In this document: piece after piece, positions 40,637-49,850 of the stretch
How positions within the stretch are numbered: the first letter of the stretch is position 1
Layout: each line of letters starts with the position of its first letter
Assembly: GCA_963697355.1 (NCBI GenBank)
Contig: CAVONV010000008.1
Coordinates: forward strand, 206,764 to 270,763
Origin: an uncultured Acidobacteriota bacterium
Lineage (GTDB): Bacteria; Acidobacteriota; Vicinamibacteria; Marinacidobacterales; DATDRI01
Direction of reading: 5' to 3'
Length of the DNA stretch: 64,000 nucleotides
Made by a program: the position numbers and the translations under genes
The notes under the pieces: model-generated
The model's input: the letters and a program-made list of their open reading frames with translations, nothing else
What the model was told of the DNA's origin: nothing
Database searches by the model: none

Positions 40637-41889
40637 GCAATGGCCCGGTTGAGTTCCGGCAGGCGCAGCGGTTGCTGTGCCCGAGCGAGATGGAGCGCAT
40701 TCTCTTGCGGACACAACTTCCGAGCCATGGAGCGAAACCGTGCCGGCTGGTTGACGCCAAGTTCCAGCCGGCAAGACACTGCATTGCCCTCTACAGCTGC
40801 AGCGGGACCTATGTGACTGCCGCAGTCCCCCTCTCCCCGGACAGTCCATTTCATCACCCGGGGCACGGAGTTGTCGACGACGAAACTGGCGTTCGACTCT
40901 TCCCCTTTCCTGAGGATCCTGCGCTGCCAGGCCTCCCGCTTGCCGCCGATTCCAAGTCGATGGCCCGGCTTGTCGGACACATGCTGACCGCGAATGTCAT
41001 TTCCTGTCGGGTGCTTCCCGTGCGCTATCGTCCCTGCCAGCGATGCACCTTCCGTGTGGATGTCCTGCTTAAGACTCCGGAAGGAGGACCTTTTCAGCAG
41101 GTGTTGTTCGCGAAGGTGTACGACGACGCGGCGGAACTGGAAACTGTTCATGCCGCCATGCGATGCCTAACAGCATTGCATGAGAACCTTCGGGCGGCAA
41201 CCCCGATCGGAAGGGTGGCAAAGCCGCGAATCCTCTTGCAGAACGCGCTCCAGGGCTGTTCTTTAGAGGAGTTGCTCGATGACAGCCACGCGGATCCCAT
41301 GATCGTAAGATGCGCAACGGCGATCGCCGCGGTTCACGGCAGTTCCATCACAGTTCGGAGAAGGAGGGATCTGCTGGAGGAACTCGACGAGCTTTCGCAG
41401 TGGGCGCGAGATCTTGGCACGGCCGACGCCCTGCTTTCGAGCGCCATGGCATCCCTTGTGGAATCCCTTCTTCAATGTGCGGACGTAGTGAAGACCCTGA
41501 ACGTCAACTGCTTCACCCACGGGGATTTCAAACCGAATCAAATACTGGTGGACGGCGAGCAACCAGGGTTGCTGGACTTTGACGGCTGTGCGATGTCAGA
41601 CCCCGCTCTGGATGTGGCTACCTTCGTTTCCACCCTGCGGCAGATCGCTGCGAGGCGGGCATGTTCTGAAAGGGAATGTGAGAAGTTGCGCCTGCTGGAA
41701 GAGGCATTCGTCCGGCAATACTGTGCGCTGACCTCGCAGGACGGCCAGTTTCGGCGGAAGGTCCTCTGGTGCCAGGCTGTCGCGTCCTTTCGCAAGGCTT
41801 TGCGGGCATTTTACCGTGATCCTTCTTCTCCACTGCCCGCAGTTCTGGTCGAGGGGGCGAGGCAATGCGTCAGGAGGCTCGTCGAATGA
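40606..41889 (+). CDS. Aminoglycoside-phosphotransferase-family kinase (start uncertain)
   Basis: FP.DP.LP.L, RYRP..R, FAKVY, HGDFKPNQ, LDFD and DPALD motifs. Confidence 0.8.
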   Translation: MREEQVVDHVGNGPVEFRQAQRLLCPSEMERILLRTQLPSHGAKPCRLVDAKFQPARHCIALYSCSGTYVTAAVPLSPDSPFHHPGHGVVDDETGVRLFPFPEDPALPGLPLAADSKSMARLVGHMLTANVISCRVLPVRYRPCQRCTFRVDVLLKTPEGGPFQQVLFAKVYDDAAELETVHAAMRCLTALHENLRAATPIGRVAKPRILLQNALQGCSLEELLDDSHADPMIVRCATAIAAVHGSSITVRRRRDLLEELDELSQWARDLGTADALLSSAMASLVESLLQCADVVKTLNVNCFTHGDFKPNQILVDGEQPGLLDFDGCAMSDPALDVATFVSTLRQIAARRACSERECEKLRLLEEAFVRQYCALTSQDGQFRRKVLWCQAVASFRKALRAFYRDPSSPLPAVLVEGARQCVRRLVE

Positions 41890-42737
41890 AGCCGAACCTT
41901 CGGCTGGAGACCTGGTACCGGCTTCAGGCTCGCTTCAACCTGTCTCCAGGAGTTCGCGCGAGCGGAGCTTCGCCGCGGCTGAACATAACGCTGACCACTG
42001 TGCCGAGAAGGCTCAAGCGTCTGCACCTGAGCCTGGCCTCCCTGCTCCATCAGCGCCTCAAACCCTATCGAATCCTGCTCTGGATCGGGGAAGAGTCCGT
42101 GGCGCATTTACCATGGCAGGTCGATCGGTTGCGCTGTCGCGGCCTGGACATACGAGCGCGTCCTGATGTCGGTCCGCATACGAAACTGATTTACGCCCTG
42201 CGCGAATTCCCGGACGACATCAATGTGACTGCAGATGACGACCGTCTCTACCCGTGCTGGTGGCTCGACAGGCTGTACTCCTCCTACCTGAGGAATCCGT
42301 CGGCTATCCACTGCCACCGTGCTCACGGCATGGGGTTCGATTCCGCGGGGGCACTCCTTCCGTACAGAAATTGGAGACTGCTTTCTCGTGGCGAGCAAGG
42401 TCCTTCTATGATTCTCTTTCCAACGGGAACCGGGGGCGTTCTCTACCCACCTCGTTGCCTGCATTCCGAAGTCTTCAACGTGGAGGTGATGAGGCGCATA
42501 TGTTCCTGTGCGGACGATGTGTGGTTCAAAGCCATGTCAATGCTCAACGGCGTGTCGGTTCGCAAAGTCGACCCCGAATTCAGGGAGTTTCCCTCGGTCT
42601 CCGGGACCCAGGACGGTCGGCTATGGAATATGAATATCATGGGAAATGACACTCAGCTGGATGCCGTTTTCAGCCAATATGATCTCTTCAGGCAACTGAC
42701 GTCTTTCGCAAAGCGCCGGCTAATGAAAATGACCTGA
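41886..42737 (+). CDS. Glycosyltransferase (GT-A-like)
   Basis: LTT.P.R, PH.KL, TADDD..YP, TG.GGVLYPP and ADD.W motifs; ATGA overlap. Confidence 0.75.
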   Translation: MKPNLRLETWYRLQARFNLSPGVRASGASPRLNITLTTVPRRLKRLHLSLASLLHQRLKPYRILLWIGEESVAHLPWQVDRLRCRGLDIRARPDVGPHTKLIYALREFPDDINVTADDDRLYPCWWLDRLYSSYLRNPSAIHCHRAHGMGFDSAGALLPYRNWRLLSRGEQGPSMILFPTGTGGVLYPPRCLHSEVFNVEVMRRICSCADDVWFKAMSMLNGVSVRKVDPEFREFPSVSGTQDGRLWNMNIMGNDTQLDAVFSQYDLFRQLTSFAKRRLMKMT

Positions 42738-43481
42738 AAAGAGGAGTTCCAGCGCCTGCCTGCTCAGTTCAAGCGAAGCGTTCGCCGCTGGTTTTTTCCT
42801 TTTGTGTCGCAGCAGACTGTTGTTGTGCTCCATCAGCGTTCGGACATATGCCGGGTGGAAATCCGGAACTGAAACGACCGGAAACTCCTCCTCGATATGA
42901 CCATGCCTGCAGAAGTATGCGTTCCGGTCTTGCCGCCCTGAAACAGATGCTAGGCCTTGGGCCGCGTGCGTGTAATAGGCAGGCTTGATGCTGTAAATGA
43001 CGGCACGCTCGGCCTCGCGTCTGGCGTGCACCTCCAGGCCGCTGGGAAAATCGATTGCGAATCGATCAGAATGCTGGTGACGGGCCAGGACCAGCTTGAG
43101 TTTCCGGATGAAGTGCGGATGGAGCCCATCGTCGTCGTCCAGCCTGACCAAGGCGATCCTCCGTGTTCCCGGCTTCAGGATCGACGTAAGACACATGTTC
43201 GTCGTGATGTCCTCATATGTTCTTACCGGAATCGGTATCACCGTCTTGATGCCTTGTAGTCCCTGCATATGCTTGCGCGGCAGGTTGTCGTCCACGAATG
43301 CCACGAACAGGAAATCACGGTCAGACTGCAAATCCATGCATCGGCATGTGACATTCCGGAAGAGGAAGAATTTCTCAGCCAGACGTTCCTCCGAGTAGAA
43401 CTGTCTTCTGGTAAGACGCGCAAATTCAGGTCTCCACAGGGAGAACCGGACTGCAACCACAACGGCATCTTCTTCGTGCAT
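42720..43481 (-). CDS. Putative rhamnosyl-transferase-like glycosyltransferase
   Basis: RFS...R...F......QSD.DF, RLDDDDGL and H..N motifs. Confidence 0.65.
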   Translation of the reverse strand: MHEEDAVVVAVRFSLWRPEFARLTRRQFYSEERLAEKFFLFRNVTCRCMDLQSDRDFLFVAFVDDNLPRKHMQGLQGIKTVIPIPVRTYEDITTNMCLTSILKPGTRRIALVRLDDDDGLHPHFIRKLKLVLARHQHSDRFAIDFPSGLEVHARREAERAVIYSIKPAYYTHAAQGLASVSGRQDRNAYFCRHGHIEEEFPVVSVPDFHPAYVRTLMEHNNSLLRHKRKKPAANASLELSRQALELLFSGHFH

Positions 43482-43596
43482 TGTTTAGCCTTGGTAGCCT
43501 TTCCGAACTAATTGTCTGAGCAACCCATGATATATCGATTGAAAGGCCCAAGCTGCTGCTCGAAAACTCGAGCAAGAGCATTGAAAAGTTCCACCC

Positions 43597-43710
43597 ATAC
43601 CTTACCAGTACCAACGCGCAACGCTCACCCACAACGAGGTGACCCGTCTCGCGAGCGCCTGCAAGGCTAACAAGGAGAAGCTCGTCGTCGGCCTCCGCGT
43701 GTCCGACAGT
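43597..43710 (+). pseudogene. Tyrosine recombinase N-terminal relic
   Basis: PYQYQRATLTHNEVTRLASAC...EKLVV-GLRVSD (box I GLR.S, internal deletion). Confidence 0.5.
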
Positions 43711-44016
43711 TCAAACGCTGTATATGGAGCTATCTTGGCCAATCGACACGTAGTCTATCAGCTCGCTCGGTCTCGTCTTCTTAATCGGTGGTCGGGAGCG
43801 ACGCGCAACTTGAAAACCGATCTTAGGGGTTGGCATCAATCAAAGGCGACCCAGTAGGGGTGATTCGTCCCAGAGCAAGGCGGCATGAAATGTGTTTTGC
43901 GACAACTACCTTGACATCCTCCGGGACTGGATGTAGCTTCGCGCAACACAACGAATGGCGACATAGTCCACGGGAAATCGTTCTCAAATCCCTGAACCCG
44001 TGCTGGGGGTAGCCCG

Positions 44017-45366
44017 ATGGCATTACTAGATCTGTTTCGACCCAAGTGGCGGCACTCCGACGATAAGGTGCGAAGAGAAGCGGCCAGCAAGATCAAAGAT
44101 CAGGAGATTCTGGCGAAGATCGCGAAGACGGACATCTACGAGTCGGTTCGCCAGACTGCCGTTCAGAACCCAGCTTTCACCGATCAAGCACTTCTGGCTG
44201 AAATCGCGATTGCAGAAACGGCCGCCAACGTAGCCAAAGATGCGATCCGGAAACTGACGGACCAGCACCTTCTGGCGAACGTCGCGAAGACCGGGGGAAA
44301 ATTCTCCCTCCTCTCCTCCAAACTGACGCCAGAGGCGTCGCTGGCCGCGATGAGAAAGCTCACGGATCAAGGCCTTCTCTACAGCGTCGCCAAGGATGCG
44401 GCGGAGAGCGCCGTGCGAGTCGCTGCCGTGAAAAGTCTTGTGAATAGGCTTGGTGACCAGGAACTGCTTCGCGACCTGGCGACGGCCGAGGATACTGATG
44501 TTGCTGTGGCGGCCGTCAAGGGCTTGAGCGGCGATCAGGCCGCACTCGCCTCGGTCGCGAAGGCCGTGAAAGCGCCCGCGGTCCGTCTGGCCGTTGCAGA
44601 CAAACTGCAGGACCGTGTTCTGTCTCAAGCTGTTATCGTTGAGGTCAGCCAGGAAGCCGAGGAGCCGTGGGCCCGCGTGAAGGCCGTGAATATGCTCACG
44701 GACCAGTCCTTCCTCGAGCAGATCGCCAAGAACGATGAGGACGAAGATGTGCGCCGCGCCGCGCTGGAGCGAGTCGAGGATCAGGCGTCGCTGGCCGCGA
44801 TCGCGAGGAACGGCGAACACCTGGAGCTGCGCGCACTCGCCGCGGCGAAGCTAGACGATCGAGCCCTCGGACAGCGTGTTCTTGCGGAGATCGCCAGAAG
44901 TAGTGCGACTGAACGGGCTCGGAGGCTAGCGGTTGAGAGCCTCGAGGACCAGGCGGTCCTCACTGAGATTGCGCGAGACATCGAGGGCTCAAGATACGTG
45001 CGTGAGGCCGCCATCGAGAGGCTGAACGACGACAGCGTCCTGCTGGAAATCGCCATGAACGACGAGGACGAAGGCGGGGTTCGGAATGCAGCCGCCGATA
45101 GATTGGCCGGCCGGCTCGATAGAGGGTCGGGCTGTTCCATTTGCGGCGCCAAGGCGAGCGGCCTCTATTGCGACTACTGCAGACAGGCGACCCAGCGAGC
45201 CGTCGGAGAGGCCAAAGCGTCCGGCCGAGGCACACTCATCTGCGATTGGTGCAACAAGTCTATCGCTGTGTTTGAAGGAGAAGCCTTCATGAATGACACT
45301 GGCAGCAGGATCGAATGCAGCCGTTGCGCGCAGAGGGATATGATCATGCACGGGCGCTTCGTCTAG
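44017..45366 (+). CDS. HEAT-like repeat protein with C-terminal CxxC zinc-ribbon motifs
   Basis: Repeated DQ..L..IA..D....VR..A...L units; CSIC, CDYC, CDWC and CSRC. Confidence 0.75.
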   Translation: MALLDLFRPKWRHSDDKVRREAASKIKDQEILAKIAKTDIYESVRQTAVQNPAFTDQALLAEIAIAETAANVAKDAIRKLTDQHLLANVAKTGGKFSLLSSKLTPEASLAAMRKLTDQGLLYSVAKDAAESAVRVAAVKSLVNRLGDQELLRDLATAEDTDVAVAAVKGLSGDQAALASVAKAVKAPAVRLAVADKLQDRVLSQAVIVEVSQEAEEPWARVKAVNMLTDQSFLEQIAKNDEDEDVRRAALERVEDQASLAAIARNGEHLELRALAAAKLDDRALGQRVLAEIARSSATERARRLAVESLEDQAVLTEIARDIEGSRYVREAAIERLNDDSVLLEIAMNDEDEGGVRNAAADRLAGRLDRGSGCSICGAKASGLYCDYCRQATQRAVGEAKASGRGTLICDWCNKSIAVFEGEAFMNDTGSRIECSRCAQRDMIMHGRFV

Positions 45367-45453
45367 ACTGCCTGTATTCCCCCCTCCACGCCTGCTGCTT
45401 CCCAGACCCGGCTGGGGACGGAGAAGCCGCTCCGGCGCCATGACAGCAGAAAA

Positions 45454-45567
45454 GGTACTGTCAAGTGTGTACTGGCCGAATCGACCCCAAGATGTGGTAA
45501 CAGCGGCATAGTGAGCCTCATCATATTGTGTCCTTTTGCACGCGCGCGGCGCCAACTTGACAGTACC
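45454..45567. mobile_element. 114-bp MITE with IS6-type ends
   Basis: GGTACTGTCAAGT ... CAACTTGACAGTACC, the same termini as the IS at 36452-37262. Confidence 0.8.
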
Positions 45568-45568
45568 C

Positions 45569-45973
45569 TTACTGGTGTTGAGCTAAATTGATGATGTCCA
45601 TCAAAAGTAAAGAACCAAGATAGACTTTTCCTCTAACATATCCACGTTCGATAGACTCTGATTCTGGCAAATTGGTCCATCTTATAGTGTCACTTGTGGA
45701 TCCCGCATCATCAGTACCAGCTGCGAAAAGCGCATTCTTTACAACACAGAAGACCCCTACAAAAACGATTATCAAGCAAATAGCACGATAAAGCTCGCTA
45801 CTAATACCCAATATCATCAATATGCTGGCGAGCACCACCAGCAACGTGAAGAGTAGGCGAGTAAGGAAGTTTTCCGAATGAATGAAGAAGAAGCCTAATA
45901 TACACGAAGCAAATATAAGCACAAAATGGATGAAGTAATGATCTATGAAAAAGTCTCGTATCAAATCCCACAT
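45569..45973 (-). CDS. Low-GC hypothetical membrane protein
   Basis: Three hydrophobic segments; 3' end abuts the MITE. Confidence 0.45.
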   Translation of the reverse strand: MWDLIRDFFIDHYFIHFVLIFASCILGFFFIHSENFLTRLLFTLLVVLASILMILGISSELYRAICLIIVFVGVFCVVKNALFAAGTDDAGSTSDTIRWTNLPESESIERGYVRGKVYLGSLLLMDIINLAQHQ

Positions 45974-46182
45974 TACGTATACCCTCTGTACGATGATCGG
46001 GTAGGTCAGGGCCTCTCAGCCCCATTCCCCCAAAAGGCAGCCCTTGTGGGGCGGCCCGGCTATGTTACCCGGCCCATGCGTATTCCAGCGAACGTGGCCT
46101 CTTTCAATCCAAGGAACTCTGGTGGCATTATGGAGCGCGTAGAAATCTTCCGGCCCACAATCTCTGCGACTGGTCTTTTTTT

Positions 46183-46460
46183 TCATTGCAGCTTCTCCAA
46201 ACTCCCTTGCGAGATAGCTGTTGCAGCTTGGGAGAACGAAATCACAACCACGGTAATATTGTCGTCTCCGCCGGCGCGGTTGGCAGCGTCCACCAAGCAA
46301 GCGGCCGCCTGCTTCACGCCGCACCCATGATCGAGCACGATCTCGAGGATTTCTTCGTCGTCGAGCATCGAAGTGAGCCCGTCTGAACAGAGAAGCAGAA
46401 GATCCTGATCTTTGAGCTCGATGTCCTGCACGTCCACCTCCACGTCTTGGTTGCTCCCCA
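46183..46460 (-). pseudogene. PP2C Ser/Thr phosphatase C-terminal fragment
   Basis: LLLCSDGL and GGDDNITVVV motifs. Confidence 0.8.
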
Positions 46461-46505
46461 GGAGAGCGCTAAAAACCGGGGGCCCCCCGCTTTTTAGCGC
46501 TCTCC
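46461..46505. repeat. 45-bp palindrome
   Basis: GGAGAGCGCTAAAAA-ccgggggccccccgc-TTTTTAGCGCTCTCC. Confidence 0.85.
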
Positions 46506-46605
46506 CCGTTGGGCGACATAGTTCGCCGGGAAGCGAGAACCGGGCGTTGCTCGATCTGGCTAAACGCCAGATCCTTTGCAAGCGGACACCTACCGCAGAG
46601 ATGAT

Positions 46606-48186
46606 TTATTCCTTTCCTTGCTGCTGCTGAACGCCAGGGGCTGCGCACACTGTGCCCGTGCCGTCGTACGGAACCATGTGGTCATCGGGAGATACCGTGC
46701 AGGAATAAATGTCGGTACGGTTGTCGAGGCTGCGCCCGTTGGCGAGTGTCATTGCCGCAAAAAAGGTCCGTCCGGCACCCGTCAGACCCTGGTATTCCCC
46801 GAAGAAAAAACCTGTGTTGTAAGGAGCGGTGCGCAGATCGAACGGACGAGACGTCACCGGTTGCTGCGCCGACCAAGTCCGACCTTGATCTTTTGAGAAG
46901 GCGATCCAGTACCGAGTCTCGAGTGCTCGCGTGGCGGATGTCGCGGCGGCAACGCCGTACCAGGCCACTGCCACGTCGCCGCGGTCGTTGACGGCGACGG
47001 AGGGAATGAAATTCTGCGTTTCCTGGTCGGTTGACACGGCGACAGGGTTGCTCCAGGTGCGTCCGCCGTCGGTGGATTTGGCAAACGCAATTTGCTCGGT
47101 CCGCTCCTGAGTGAATCGAGCATCTTCCCAGACGGCGTACATCGTGTTCGTGTCGGGCCTGGGATCGACGGCGATGTCGGTGAAGGAGTTGCCGGTACGG
47201 ACCCTAGCGCCGGTTCGCGGGTCGACGATGCCGGCGACAGCAGCGGTGGCCACCGTTATGGGTTTCGACCAGGTCGATCCACCATCGGTCGAATGGATCG
47301 CCAGGATGGGGTGACTCGAGCGATCGGGTTGTGTTCCTATCGGCAACTCGCTGAACACATTGACCAGATCCCCATTCGGCATGACCACTATCTTGTTTGC
47401 GGAAGTACCCATTCCGATGGGCGTCTGGTAGATCTCGCCGGCCTCGCTCCAGGTCTCGCCGCCGTCGGTGGTGCGGCTGAAACCAACGGCGCCACGCGCC
47501 TCGGAGGCAGGAGCAGAGCGCCGGCGGGCCCACACCACGTATGCCGTGTGCTCACGCGTCGGATCGGGAGCAACCGTCGAGCGCGCGGCGTTGCTTACGT
47601 CGGGGTCACTTGCACGGATCACGGAAACGGGACGCCCCCAGGACCGTCCGCCATCCGTCGATGTCGAAACGAATTGAGCCTCTTCCGGGCTCGAGTGGTT
47701 CCATGATATGGCAGCGAAGTACGCTGTGCCGTCCGGTCCAAACGCAACATAGGGGTCACTAGCTTTCTCGAAGTTTCCGCCATTGGCCTCGGTACCACCC
47801 GCGCAGCGAGAAAATTCTGGCTGGTCTTGCAGCTTCGGTACCTGCCAGGTGCGCCCGCCATCAAACGACACCGCAGCTAGGACGCCATTGGCGCCATCGT
47901 TTGGGTACCGGTCTTCGTGATACACCACGATCAGGTTGTCCGGGTTGCGCGGGTTGACCGCGATATACGGTTCGCTTTCCGCATTGATGTATGCGGCCGT
48001 TATGGGGAAGTTTGGGCCGTTGCAATCGGCAAGGAACGGGGTTGCGGCGGAGACCCGCGGAAGGTCGTGGTACGCGCCCGGCGTGCTCTCATCCGATCCG
48101 GCCGCGGCTGGTCCGGGGGCCCGCATGAACGCAAAAACGACGGCGACTGTTGCGGTCGCTGCCATAAGCTTCTGTTGCATCAGCAT
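46606..48186 (-). CDS. Secreted BNR/Asp-box (sialidase-like) protein
   Basis: Six S/T.D.G.TW-type Asp-boxes; signal peptide. Confidence 0.85.
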   Translation of the reverse strand: MLMQQKLMAATATVAVVFAFMRAPGPAAAGSDESTPGAYHDLPRVSAATPFLADCNGPNFPITAAYINAESEPYIAVNPRNPDNLIVVYHEDRYPNDGANGVLAAVSFDGGRTWQVPKLQDQPEFSRCAGGTEANGGNFEKASDPYVAFGPDGTAYFAAISWNHSSPEEAQFVSTSTDGGRSWGRPVSVIRASDPDVSNAARSTVAPDPTREHTAYVVWARRRSAPASEARGAVGFSRTTDGGETWSEAGEIYQTPIGMGTSANKIVVMPNGDLVNVFSELPIGTQPDRSSHPILAIHSTDGGSTWSKPITVATAAVAGIVDPRTGARVRTGNSFTDIAVDPRPDTNTMYAVWEDARFTQERTEQIAFAKSTDGGRTWSNPVAVSTDQETQNFIPSVAVNDRGDVAVAWYGVAAATSATRALETRYWIAFSKDQGRTWSAQQPVTSRPFDLRTAPYNTGFFFGEYQGLTGAGRTFFAAMTLANGRSLDNRTDIYSCTVSPDDHMVPYDGTGTVCAAPGVQQQQGKE

Positions 48187-48592
48187 CGTTGACCCCCAAT
48201 TTCATGACAAGGAAGACACTTTCGTATAGGCCCTCCGGACGGCGATGTCAAGTCGTAGCCTCTTTCAAAGCTCGGTTTCGGAAGGCTACTTCTTCAAGTC
48301 GTGGTCGAGATCGCTCAGCAGGGGAGGGGGAGGGGAGTGTCAGGGATCTCCAAAGCTTTTCCATGGGACGGTCTTGCACCTTTGAAAGCCCTGTTGTGCT
48401 ATTTATACAACAGAAGGATCAGATAGTCCGAGACATCAACAAGGCGCTGCATGGGGCGTTTCGTCCCGTGCTTAGAGGACGGGCGTTTCCCCAAGCCATG
48501 ATACGCGACCTTGAAGCTGCCGGACGTCATGAAATTCGTGGATTGGCCTCATAGGTGAACGGAGATATATACTAGAGCTAGAGATCGCTATT

Positions 48593-48928
48593 ATGTCCCT
48601 TGAAATTGCTGCTGAGCCGGTCCCTCTGCAGGCCGATGCCGATGGTATCGTCCGCGTGGGCGGAACACGCGTAACACTGGACACTGTTGTTGCTGCTTTC
48701 AAAGATGGCGCAACTGCGGAAGAGATTGTGACCGAGTACCCATCGCTTCGACTTCCGGACGTGTATTCGGTTATTGGTTACTACCTCCGCCGGAAAGACG
48801 AGGTAGAGGATTATCTTCAGCAACGTCAGCGAGTTGCTGAGAAAGTCAAGAAGCAAAACGAGGGGCGATTCGATCCAGAAGGCATCCGAGATCGACTAAT
48901 GTCTCGTGAAACCTCGAGGAATGATTAG
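48593..48928 (+). CDS. DUF433 antitoxin
   Basis: GTRVTLD.V...F..G.T.EEI...YP.L.L.DVY..I.YY. Confidence 0.85.
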   Translation: MSLEIAAEPVPLQADADGIVRVGGTRVTLDTVVAAFKDGATAEEIVTEYPSLRLPDVYSVIGYYLRRKDEVEDYLQQRQRVAEKVKKQNEGRFDPEGIRDRLMSRETSRND

Positions 48929-48931
48929 TCG

Positions 48932-49282
48932 TTGCTGAAGCTCGCCGCGGATGAAAACTTCAACAACAACATCGTTAGAGGGATTCTGCGTCGTCAGCCG
49001 GACGCTGACATTGTCAGGATTCAAGATGTTGGGCTTTCTGGAGCGCATGATTCGATCGTGCTGGAATGGGCGGCAAAGGAACAACGAGTTCTGTTGACCC
49101 ATGATGTTACAACGATTACGAAGTACGCTTATGAACGCACCAGACTGCGAAAGCCGATGCCCGGCGTCTTTGAACTTGGCCGAACTACCCCTATCGGAAT
49201 AGCGATTGAAGACATACTCCTCTTAATCGAGTGCAGTTTGGAGGGTGAGTGGAGCGGGCAAGTCCGATACTTGCCGCTATGA
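48932..49282 (+). CDS. DUF5615 PIN-like toxin
   Basis: ADENF, D...LEWA and LLTHD motifs. Confidence 0.85.
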   Translation: MLKLAADENFNNNIVRGILRRQPDADIVRIQDVGLSGAHDSIVLEWAAKEQRVLLTHDVTTITKYAYERTRLRKPMPGVFELGRTTPIGIAIEDILLLIECSLEGEWSGQVRYLPL

Positions 49283-49369
49283 GCAGTCTTCTTTTTTTGT
49301 ACCACAATATCATCAAATCGCGTGTCCGGTCCTGTTGGCATGGCAACGGAGAATTAGCCTCTTGTCTTC

Positions 49370-49707
49370 CTACCGGTCGTACGAGCCGAAGAGTGTCTTT
49401 AGCGCATTGCGGCTGATGGGTAGTATGCGGTTGACGGGTGGCTCCAACTCAAGCCCCCAGTCCGGCCCCTTTTTTCTTCGGCGGATTTCTCGAATCCGGT
49501 CGAGGTTGACCGCGTGGTTTCTGTGGATACGGACGAAGCCGTAGGGTGTAGTTCTCCCAGGGAGCGAACATCCCGCCATGGACGGGCGCTCCGGCTGCGG
49601 ATGAGGGGCTGGTCGCCGACCGCCTCGAGGAAGTAGACCTCCGCCGGGTCGATGGGTTTGCGAACGAAGTCGCCTAAGTGAACAAGGGCTTTGTCAATGC
49701 GTCGCAT
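49370..49707 (-). pseudogene. Stand-alone LytTR protein with a 13-bp frameshifting deletion
   Basis: F.RIHR.H.VNL..I and PISR in a second frame; deletion evident against the 7190-7564 copy. Confidence 0.8.
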
Positions 49708-49850
49708 CCTATCTTTCTAGCATGAGATACACCTGTGGCGTATCCGGTCCAGCTGAGGCAGTCCGGTTCTATGAGAAAGCGAACGCAAGTTGAGGTTGTG
49801 GAGCAGGTGGAGCACACGAAGCGTGGGCGGAAAGAAAGGCAGGTACAAGT

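Noticed and set aside
39644-40849. 401-aa minus-strand ORF
   Set aside because: Shadow of the glycosyltransferase and kinase genes.
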